Assembly (NCBI RefSeq): GCF_018977255.1
Contig: NW_024704891.1
Coordinates: 62,001 to 117,626 of the forward strand
Direction: 5' to 3'
Origin: Callorhinchus milii
Taxonomy: Eukaryota
Length of the DNA stretch: 55,626 bases
The notes under the pieces are model-generated. The model searched no databases. It was not told the DNA's origin and was given only the letters and a program-made list of their open reading frames with translations. The translations under genes and the position numbers were made by a program. Of this stretch, positions 46,401 through 55,626 are shown piece by piece; positions within the stretch are counted from its first letter, which is position 1; each line of letters opens with the position of its first letter.

Positions 46401-49400
46401 GGTACTGATAGCCTTGTCAGCTTTTCCTCCTGCACTGAATTGTTATCCTTTACATTGATTACCCCATTTGAGTGTTGACCCCCAAACCTTCCATATCAAC
46501 CTTGCTGGTGCTGATAACAGAGCCAGGCTGACACTCAATCAGCAGATAGTAATGGTGTTACACAAGGTGTTAAACTCACTTACCTGTACAAACAATGCTC
46601 ACATCTTCTTTATGACCACAGTCATGCTGCCCCCATGGAGACGAGGCACATTCCCATAGAGCCGATTCATTTCCTGAACATCTCATCTCATCCAACCAAA
46701 CTGGTCCTGAGGTTCGCCCACAAAGAGGATCAGCTGCTTCATCAAATACTGGTCCACATCCGAGCTGTTTGCACACAACATCCGCCTCAAGTGATCCCCA
46801 GGAGTCATCACACACCGTTCCCCAGGTTCCGTTGTAGTAAATCTCCACTCTCCCAGCGCAAGAACTCCCACCGTCCATCAGTCTGATCTGAACATCTTCT
46901 GCTGAACGTAAGCAAAGTTTAATTGAAGGTAGAACTGATGAGATGGGAGCACGGAGTTTGGTCTGTGGTAAGTAAACGGGCAGCAGAATTCTGATTGAGC
47001 TTAATTTTTGAACAGTGTATCTCGGGATTAAGTCAAGCAGAGCGTTTGTCTCATCCAGTCGGTGGTGAGAAAGGCAAGTAGGAGGATTTCGACTACATTT
47101 GGGGTAATATGTTGTAGGAGGCGTGCAACATAGCTGAAGTGAAGGAAGTGGAACTGGTCAGGGATGAATGTGAGTGAGGAAGCTTATTCTGGGATCGAAG
47201 TGGATGCATAGATTGCAAACCTCTTCGGTGTGTCTGAGGGAGACCCCGGCGAGGCTGAGGAGTTCAGATCCACTGGAGTGAAGACATTACCGGGAGCCGA
47301 AGAAAATGGCTTCTGTCATATCAACAAAAAGCTGCAAGAAGCTTGCACACATGAGGTCTTCCACAAAAGCTTATAGGACATGGACGAGCCTCGATTCGCT
47401 GCTCGAGAAGGCAAAGGAGGAAAAGGAGACAAGGCCATTGATGGAGCCCTGGGGTAGCTCGAAGTTGAGCGGGTTTGGTTGGAAGAAGAAACAATTTAAT
47501 ACTAGAAATTTTATTCTCGTGCTGCTGTTAACACTTTTGGCAAACGTTCACTCACTTGAACTTTGCACTCCAGCATCAACTGTGCTCCCGTTTGATTGAT
47601 TTATCCGAAGCTGTTTGTTATCTGTTCCATAATAGAAAAACAAAAGTCAGTTTTCTGGTTGGGAAAAACGTTTGCGTTTTAAAATTATCCAGCATCCGAT
47701 AAACAGAATTGTGTGTCGATATATTGAGTGTGGGTGAACCATCATTATACATTGACTGTCATTCTCCTGTCAGAGCTCATTCGCAGAACCAAAGGTGGAA
47801 TAATTCAATGATAGCGGACGTTTTTGCATCGAAGAAGGAACACCAACAAGAAGCCCTATTATCAGATATTTTATAATGCGGTGTTAAATTGACAATGATT
47901 CATTCCATATGTTAGTAAAATGCACTCACCCGAACAAAGCACTCCCACATCACTGCTGCTCCCGGAGGATGAAGACACTGTGGAATGTGGGCAGTTCCAG
48001 ATGTGTGTCTCGGTTCCCACACACTGAACATTATTGATCCACACAGGTCCAGTGCCTTCCCCGTACTGGGAAGAGTTGTAGACTGAAATAGCAGAGCCAC
48101 AGTTCAGCTGTCGGCAGATGACATCGGCATCTGATATATTCCAGGAATCGTCCAGCAATCTGCCCCAAGTGCCGTTATGATAAATCTCCACTCGCCCATC
48201 ACAGCGGCTCCCACCGCTCTCTAACCGTAAGTGCCACTGTGTACCTGCAACGGTTTCAATCAAAAATTTCTCCATGAAAACGTGTGAGAGCTGAAGTGTA
48301 GATAATCGCAGCTACTCGTTGCTAAACCGTGGCAACACACCTGACACCACCACACACTAAACTGCAGTAACATGCAAATAACGAGAAACTTTCACAGACC
48401 TACACATAAGCAACAGACAACAACAGACACAATGACATCAGCCTCCAACCCAATAACTCAACAAACATCAACCTAATGTGGTAGGAGTAAAGAAACTTCA
48501 GCAACAGGTGAATATTTGAAACAATTGTGCCCAAAAAGCATTACCGTCACACATTAAACCAAAGGTTTTTCCTCATCAGAATCAGTTAATCAGCCTACAG
48601 TGTGGGAATGAGGTGTAACTGCTGTATCTCAGGAGTCGATGCTGCTCCATTCTCGATTGCAATAATATAATTAATGTACTTTTACCGAATTAATGCCTTA
48701 ATAGGCCGCTTTATCACGTGCAATGTTTATTGTAATTTCACTCACCCGAACATGCAACAGTAACGTCATGAACATGTGTGCAGCTGTACTCCTCCCAGAA
48801 TGACCAAGGACAGTCCCACAGCAAAGACTCGTTACCAACACAATTAAAGTTAGTTTTCCAGATACGACCTGTTTCTTTCCCAAACTGTGCTCCAAGACCA
48901 GTTGATAAAGCAAATCCACAATCTAGTTGCCTGCACAGCACATCGGCGTCCTTGAAATCCCAATAATAATCGCAGATGGTTCCTGATTTATAATCGCGCT
49001 GCAGCTTAACTGTGCCAGAACAGTTGTTGTTTCCGCCGATTAACTTCAGGGAATGATATTCTGTGGTGGAATAATTAACGTAATATGAATTATAATTATT
49101 AAAGTAATATTAATGATACAAACAAAAAGCTTAGCGATTTGTGATAACCAGGCAGCAAAGAGTTGTAAGCTGAAGCAATGATCAAATATATAGTGTCAGA
49201 AATCTACATGTAGTTTCGTGTCCAGTGTCCAATGCACTTTTGAAAATATGAGTTTACCTCCAAGTGTTTTACCCATTCTCTAAAGAAAACAATATTCGAC
49301 TATTCAGCACCCTGCAAGTTAGTAGCTGACTACAAAGCCTTTCATAGTAATGATGACATAAAGCAGAGACGATAAACACAGTTTATAGTCTGTCTATGAT

Positions 49401-52400
49401 TTGCAGCAATTTGATAATTTGACCCCAAATGTTCAGAAGGAATACCTCTGTGATAAGCACTATTACACTCGGTGTCCCTCCTACGCCTGTGAGTGACGCA
49501 CAATACAGAAGATGTTTTTCTCTGCAATGTCAAAAGCTCTCTATGAAAGATTAATACTGTCAGTGACTGATTGTAAAATGCGATCAATTATTTTTCAGCA
49601 CGAGTTGTTTGGTTCCCACCGTTATACTTGTTGGTACTATCACCTATCCAGATTTTCACCAGTGGATTTTTATAAGCAAATACAGCTAACAGTCAAACAT
49701 ATCCAGCAAAGTATGTTTTTAAATACTGTATCCGTGTTGAGACAACATGTTTTGACACTTTGTTGAAGGCTGTACCTGAGCAGAATATGCCACCATCTCG
49801 ATCATGTCCGCAGTCAGGCCTACCAACAACAGGTCCCGATCCTTCTCCAAAGCGAGCATCACTTGATACTGATAAAGCAAATCCGCATCCCAAATATTTG
49901 CAGATATATCCGGCCATCTCCATGTTCAGGTCATTTACACAAACTGACCCCCAAGTGTCCTGGTTGTACAGCTCTACTCTCCCCGAACAGCGGCTGCTTC
50001 CATTCACCATTCTGGGACTTTTAGTTCCTGCCAATTATATAAAAACTAATCATCAGGGATACTTTCTAAGTTATATGCAATTAAAATGCAACGACAACAT
50101 ACATTAATATGGCGCCCGAAAGGCTGCTTTGGGTCCCAGAGGACTTATCAATACCATATCATCATAATCTACGGGAGCCATTGGGTTTTCTTGGATACCG
50201 GAGACGTGGATTTGGTGCTCAGAAGGCATCAGATCACGACAAGTATTACATCCAATTATATGTCTGATGAAAATAGTTCATGATACATCTGTTTGTGGGG
50301 TTGTGGCGAGAAGAACAATTCCTGCCGAAGTAAATAATTTGGAGCTTGTGAAGCGTTCAGCTGGGAAAGACTTTTTGGAAGCAACTGGAGACGTCAAGTC
50401 TGTGTATGAGGAAACGCATTAAGCTTTCGGCTTCTTTGGAAATATCTGGAGAAGACGATATTTACGAGAAAGGAAAAGAGAAAAGAGGCGGAAGTCTGTA
50501 TGTTATGTTGAAAAAGCTGGATTTGTGGATCCAAAGATAAATTGATGAACAGATTCTCGGGGGAACCAAAAAGGATGGCTTCGATATTGTCACATTAAAT
50601 TAAGGAAATTAATGCTCGTCAAGACTGATGGTCTCGGCTGTCGGTTATCGCAGCAGAGGTCGATTGAGAGAGACTTCACTTCAAGGATAATTTATGATAA
50701 ATGGCCTTTCTCTTTGAAATGACGTCTGAAAGCTCTTCTTGGGATCTATTAGCAATTCAAAATTCTGTATTTGGTTTGGGAGTGAACAGCATTTTTGTCC
50801 AAGATTCAGAACATGTCACTAAGAAGGTTCTTGTGTGTAAGGTGTGGAGTCCTGTAGCTCAATGGTTAGAGCACTCGCTTTGCAAGCGAGAGACCTGAGT
50901 TCATTTCCAGGCAGAGGGCGAAACCTTGGGCAAGTTTCCTTACTCCACACAGAGCCTAATAATAATCCTCCGAAACCCAAAACAATAATAAATCGGTCAT
51001 TTTCATTCTACGACTGTTTGTGGGACATTGCTGTGCGCAATTGGCTGCCGCGTTCGCCCACAAATATACAATCAATTCACTTTACAGTGTGTCTGTGAAG
51101 TTCTTTGGGATGGTGCAATCAGCAGCGCAGCAAGTGAGCTAGAGGGGCAGGACGGAAAGCCGTTTGATTTGAAATAATAAACACTCCTGCACGCAGGCTT
51201 CATAACGCAGTTAGAAAATTATATTTTTAACACTTGCAAACGTAATTCCAGATTATAACCATCGTCATTTTTGACATTGAGCCATTTATGACAGGTGGAT
51301 GCCTCGAAGCTCTTCAAAAGATCTACTGTCACATTTGATTACTACGTATTATCTGAGACATTTGGTCGGGAAAGGGAAAATGTGTTAAAAAAAAACAACT
51401 TGCAATCATGTAACATGTCTTGGACCGTTTAATAGTGGTTGACCCCGAGCCGGGGGTGGGGTGCCGTGCGAGGTGCTGGCCAGGCGATTGAGGGATTCTC
51501 TAGGATTAATTACTAATTATTATCTAAAGGACGCATATATTTAAAATAAATATATTTTACTTCCGTGCTGAAAACTTATTTCATTGAAGGATTGAAGCCA
51601 CAGTTGAGCAGAAACATAGAGGACAAAGAAAATCAACATTGAACGACGGAGGAGGGTTGGCGGGCGGGCGGTAGCGGGGTTGAGGGTGGGGGGTGGTGAG
51701 GAGAGGAAGGAGGCGGTGTGACCCCCCGAAAAAACTAGGGATTTAAAACTGACAAACTGACATCATGTGGAATGCAATCTCTATCAGAGTTTCCCAAACT
51801 GTGGTTTACCGAAAATATGAGGATTGAAAAATTGATGGGAGACTGAATTATTTACCTGAGCAGATGACGCCGGAATCATAGGCGTGTGACCAGTAATAGT
51901 GACCCCAGGACTCTGACTGACAATCCCTCAGAGTAGACTCACTCCCTCTGCACGGAACATTCGCGGTCACAACGGGACCTGAGCCTTCGCCAAAGTGAGC
52001 GCCTCCTGATGCTGACAGCGCGGCTCCACAGCCCAACTCCTTACACACCACAGCCGCGTCCAACATATCCCAACTACGGTCACCAAAGCCATAGCCATCC
52101 ACTGTGCCCCATTGTCCATCGTGGTAAACCTCCACTCTCCCGGCACACGGGCTGCCGCCATTCACCAGCCTCAAATAATCTGCAAAAACATCACCAGCAA
52201 CACGTATTTGAATTTGATTTCCAATCACGCAGGATACTCATAATTATAATAATAATTCCCGTCCTTAACCGAGCTGCCGCACTGCCTACACAGTCGTTGC
52301 TCCCCGCAGTAAATTATGTGGTTCCATTGAGGCGATTTGCATTCTGTGTCAATGATTTTTATGCAGCGTAACGGAAATCATGAATGGAAAGTCGCAATGG

Positions 52401-55400
52401 TTTTCAGAACAAAATAGATTTAAGGCGCTGCATTCCTGTGTCCTCGTTTGACTTCTGGCACTCATAAGTTCAGCGCGATGTGTGTAATGTTATTCGGATT
52501 CTACAGATGGTTGGTAAACGTTAACTGGAATCGAGGTGTGCACAGTCGGATGGAGGGTGGAGAAGCGTATAAATCATAATAGTAATAATAATAATGATGC
52601 TTGCATTTGATATACCGCTTTTGACGTCGGTAGGACGTCTCAAAGTGCTTCACAGAACACACTGTAAAGCGAAATGACTGTGTTTTTGTGGGAGAACGCG
52701 GCAGCGAATTGCGCACAGCAATGTCCCACAAACAGTCGTAGATTGAAAATGACCACTTTAATATAGTTTTTGGTTTTGGAGGGATTATTACTATTATTTT
52801 TATAAAATATTATTATTATTATTATAAATCATGGGACGATTTGAACAACATAAGAAGGATACTAAAGTTGTGTTTAAATAGGAGATTGCATAATTTGGGG
52901 AAAGCGTGATTGGGAAGCATATCTATTTACAAACCGGTCATACTCCTATCAAAATAAGAGAGGCAGTCAATAACATTAAAACTGTCATGCTCAGGTGGAA
53001 GGCAAAAATCGACTTAAGTGCTCCCCAAACTTGGCGTTAAAATTCAAAAACCAGAGAAAATATTCCTCTCCATTCACTGTTGTAAAGGAAAGGAACAAGT
53101 CGAGGATAGACTTCATGTAAGATGCATTGATGTTTCGGATAGATCATCATAGCAACAACAACATCATCTTGTATATAAGCAGCGCCTGTCACGCAGAACA
53201 GCTTCTCTCAGCAACTAGCAGGTCAGAGCTTGCACAAGAACATTCAAACTTCCTCAATCCCTCCTCCCTGGCTCCGCTTTTAGATGAAATCGGAAGAAAT
53301 TGCAGTTGGACTATGCCTTCGGTCAACTCCCTCTTTCTCCAAGGTCGGTGTCGCCCACACAGCGTAGCGATCAAGGAATTGTCTTGGATGAAACACTAGT
53401 CATTATCCTGAGGAAACGCTGCACATTTCAGTAAATTTAGAGCTGGTCTGAAAACAATTCTGATTTAAGGTTTGAAGCCTCTCCTGAGTAGTAAAAAGGG
53501 CGAACAATGAAACCAATATTGAGCGGCAGCAGAGGGCGGGACGGGGAAAGGGACAGCGTGACCCCATACCAGGGATTTAATAATAATAAGACGGCGAAAA
53601 AATGTGGATTACAAGCTTTTCCAGAGTTTCGCAAACTGCGGTTTAACAAAAATATTTCTATGCTCTATAGAGGACAGAAAAAAAAATAGAAAACTAATTA
53701 TTTACCTGAGCAGATGACGCCGGCATCAGAGGAGTGCGACCAGGAATAGTGACCCCAGGGCTGAGACTGACAGTCCCTCAGAGTAGACTCATTCCCTCTG
53801 CAATGAACATGAGCCGTCACAACGGGACCTGAGCCTTCGCCAAAGTGAGCGTCTCCTGATGCTGACAGCGCGGCTCCACAGCCCAACTGCTTACACACCA
53901 CAGCCGCGTCCAACATATCCCAACCATAGCCACCAGAGGCATTGCCATTCACTGTGCCCCATTGCCCATCGTGGTAAACCTCCACTCTCCCGGCACACGG
54001 GCTGCTGCCATTCACCAGCCTCAAACGATCTGCAAAAAGATCACAGGTTACACGTATTTGTACTTGATTTCCAATCACGTAGGATGACCATAAGTATAAT
54101 AGTAATCCTAACAAGCAACTTAGCTGCCACATTAGTCTACAAAGTCACTGCTCCATATCGTAAGTTATTTGAAGCGATTGAAGAAGTTTGAGGTCTGCGT
54201 CAATGAATTACTTACAATATAGAGGAAATCATGAGTGAGACTTCACGGTGTACCTCATAACAAAATAAACTTAAGGTTGCTGCAGCCACCTGTCCTCATA
54301 TGTCACCTGGAACTTACTGGTAGAGGGCGAAGTGGGACAATGCTACTCCGATTGTATAATTCATACAAGAAGAAAGGCAAAAGGGAACTGTAATCGACGT
54401 GTGGGTAGTGGGACGTGAGAACAGAGTGTAGAAGCATGTCAATCATTGAGGCGATTTGAAGAAAAGAACGAAGGTATTAAAGTTCTGTGACTGGGGTTTA
54501 TATAAGTAGGGCATTAAATAAGGTGCGGACAAGGTGGTCGTGGAGTATATCAATTTACCTTCCGTTAACACCCTTTCTCCATGTGACAGTCAGTCAGTAT
54601 AAATTAAAATTGTCATGCACAGATGGAAGATGCAAGTCGCCTTTAATGTTCCCAATAATTTGGGGTTAAAATTCAAACTAAGAAAGGAAATAGTCCTGTT
54701 CATTCAATATTGTAAAGGAAATAATTAAGTCAAGGACGCATTCCAGTTTAGAAGTGTTGAAGTTGTCGGACAGATCATTCCAGGAACAAAATCATCATCT
54801 TGTACGCATGTAGCGCCTGTCACCCAGAATACCGTCTCTCAGCAATTAACAGGTCAGAGCTTTCCCTGGAACTCTGCAGCACTCTTCCTCAATCCCACCT
54901 CCGTGATTGCTCTTTTAGATCACATCGGAAGACCTTCTTTTTGGACAATGCCTACTGCTATTTCCCTCTTTCGCCCACAAGGCGAAGCGATTGAGGGACT
55001 GTCATCAATGAAACACTACTCATTATCCCAAGGAGAAACTGCGTATTTCAATATGTTTTAGTTCAGGTCTGAAAACAAGTCTGATTCAAGGATTAAATCC
55101 TCTCCTGAGCCGGAATAGTGAGAACAAAATAAATCAACACAGAGTGCCGGCGAATGGTTGGAAGGCAGGGGAAGGGGGCAACTTCACCCCCAAAACAAGG
55201 GATTTAATAATAATAAGCTGACATCGTGTGGATTACAATCTTTGTCAGAGTTACTGAAGCTGTGCATAAGCGAAAATGTGAGGACTGAAAAAAATGAACA
55301 CAGACTGAATTATTTACCTGAGCAGATGACGCCGGCATCAGAGGAGACTGACAGCCCGTCAGACCAAAAGTACTCATCGTATTCATGCTCTGATTCAGTG

Positions 55401-55626
55401 GACATAGAGTACTTCGAAAACACGGAATCTTCACCCCTGTCTGATTCGCAATCCCTCAGAGCAGACTCGTTCCTTTTGCACTGAACATTATACGTCACTT
55501 TCGGACTAGTGCCTTCGCCAAAGTGAGCGTCTCCTGGTGCTGAGAGTGCGGCTCCACACCCCAACTCCTTACACACCACAGCCGCGGCCTTCAGATCCCA
55601 ACCAGAACCGTACACTGTGCCCCATT
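40251..55626 (-). CDS. CD163/WC1/SCART-family SRCR group B type I membrane receptor (5' end outside window)
   Basis: Fifteen phase-1 exons joined in frame: 9 SRCR, linker, TM, 4 cytoplasmic. The b-c-d-e-d' cassette, the CIVLGILL TM segment and YEEI/YDD tail motifs are CD163-family hallmarks. Confidence 0.88.
40458..40725. repeat. Degenerate (TG)n microsatellite in an intron
   Basis: Directly visible. Confidence 0.9.
41442..41582 (-). CDS. SRCR receptor cytoplasmic exon (DHLQEDYDDAESG..LCQ)
   Basis: TTGACAG acceptor, G|GTAAGA donor, 141 nt, DYDD motif. Confidence 0.8.
42237..42335 (-). CDS. SRCR receptor cytoplasmic exon (GSNDSISKLEYYTGE..LPN)
   Basis: TTTCAG acceptor, G|GTGAGT donor, 99 nt. 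Confidence 0.8.
43027..43122 (-). CDS. SRCR receptor cytoplasmic exon (EKYPSARLYQAIYEEIEDR..SS)
   Basis: CCAACAG acceptor, G|GTACAT donor, 96 nt; AIYEEI resembles the WC1 YEEL signalling motif. Confidence 0.82.
43441..43660 (+). mobile_element. 5'-truncated young SINE in an intron
   Basis: Matches SINE body and tail. Confidence 0.88.
43961..44068 (-). CDS. Transmembrane exon (VQLINIPFVVCIVLGILLAVVLFALIVQMDSNSSGT)
   Basis: 22-residue hydrophobic run; CAAAG acceptor, G|GTAAGA donor. Confidence 0.88.
44476..44514 (-). CDS. Pro-rich stalk mini-exon (GKPPRPPVPTASF)
   Basis: TTGCAG acceptor, G|GTAAAT donor, 39 nt, keeps the frame between the last SRCR and the TM exon. Confidence 0.7.
44656..44967 (-). 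CDS. SRCR exon, membrane-proximal d'-type
   Basis: [47 protein letters not shown]; 8 Cys. Confidence 0.93.
45583..45897 (-). CDS. SRCR exon, e-type
   Basis: [30 protein letters not shown]..; 315 nt, 8 Cys. Confidence 0.93.
46584..46898 (-). CDS. SRCR exon, d-type
   Basis: [30 protein letters not shown]..; 315 nt, 8 Cys; NAGNAG acceptor allows a +3 nt start. Confidence 0.93.
46965..47330 (-). mobile_element. Degenerate L2 RT C-terminal fragment in an intron
   Basis: Remnants TEAIxFGS, FDPxISFLTHI and KLNQNSAARLL resemble L2 KTEAIxFG, FDxxLSFxxHI and KLQLxQNSAARLL. Confidence 0.6.
47930..48244 (-). CDS. SRCR exon (c position), lacks Cys2/Cys7
   Basis: LRLESGGSRCDGRVEIYHNGTWGRLLDDSW..NCPHSTVSSSSGSSSDVGVLCS; 315 nt. 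Confidence 0.92.
48746..49060 (-). CDS. SRCR exon (b position)
   Basis: LKLIGGNNNCSGTVKLQRDYKSGTICDYYWDFKDADVLCRQLDCG..; 315 nt, 8 Cys. Confidence 0.9.
49776..50027 (-). CDS. Shortened SRCR exon (84 codons)
   Basis: RMVNGSSRCSGRVELY..WGSVC..FGEGSGPVVGRPDCGHDRDGGIFCS; Cys5-Cys6 segment absent, splice sites intact. Confidence 0.85.
50844..51105 (+). mobile_element. Young SINE, 3' tail truncated
   Basis: Complete head GTGGAGTCCTGTAGCTCAATGG and body; homology ends in the tail. Confidence 0.85.
51856..52179 (-). CDS. SRCR exon, WC1-a1-like (6 Cys)
   Basis: LRLVNGGSPCAGRVEVYHDGQWGTVDGYGFGDRSWDMLDAAVVC..WGHYYWSHAYDSGVICS; 324 nt. Confidence 0.93.
52576..52790 (-). mobile_element. 5'-truncated SINE in an intron
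   Basis: Reverse of SINE body and tail. Confidence 0.85.
53706..54029 (-). CDS. SRCR exon, WC1-a1-like (6 Cys), tandem duplicate
   Basis: LRLVNGSSPCAGRVEVYHDGQWGTVNGNASGGYGWDMLDAAVVC..WGHYSWSHSSDAGVICS; 324 nt. Confidence 0.93.
55318..55626 (-). CDS. SRCR exon, WC1-a1-like with acidic insertion (truncated by window edge)
   Basis: WGTVYGSGWDLKAAAVVC..RDCESDRGEDSVFSKYSMSTESEHEYDEYFWSDGLSVSSDAGVICS; donor G|GTAAAT. Confidence 0.88.

Noticed and set aside
28905-55626. TCR constant region or TCR-delta D/J segments
   Set aside because: No C1-set exon, FGxG J motif with a 12-RSS, or RSS-flanked D was found to the right of the V array.

Overview
Vertebrate genomic DNA from a cartilaginous fish, probably a chimaera (inferred from the NAR-type V domains and the dominant tRNA-Ala-headed, L2-tailed SINE). 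Left half (about 2-29 kb, + strand): part of a T-cell receptor alpha/delta V-gene array with six intact-looking conventional V exons carrying 23-bp RSSs, several V pseudogenes, and an embedded NAR-TCR cassette. The cassette is unusual. It runs leader - rearranging NAR V (very long germline CDR3 tail, 22-bp RSS) - 12/12 D - 23-RSS J - a SECOND, fully germline-joined NAR VDJ exon with no RSS and no visible leader - leaderless supporting TCR-delta-type V with a CDR1 Cys. All junctions are phase 1 and in frame, so the DNA can encode a TCR chain with three stacked V domains, and the spare cysteines fit a disulfide relay. Middle (29-39 kb): SINEs, LINE fragments and three minisatellites. Right half (40-55.6 kb, - strand): most of a CD163/WC1/SCART-family scavenger-receptor gene with at least 9 SRCR exons (a-a-a-short-b-c-d-e-d' pattern), a Pro-rich linker, a TM exon and four cytoplasmic exons with YEEI/YDD motifs; its 5' end is beyond the window. 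Its three tandem N-terminal domains resemble the WC1 a1 domain and differ mostly in two loops. No TCR constant region or TCR-delta D/J segments are visible. Exon and RSS coordinates were counted by hand; repeat boundaries are approximate; family names rest on recalled consensus motifs, not database searches.
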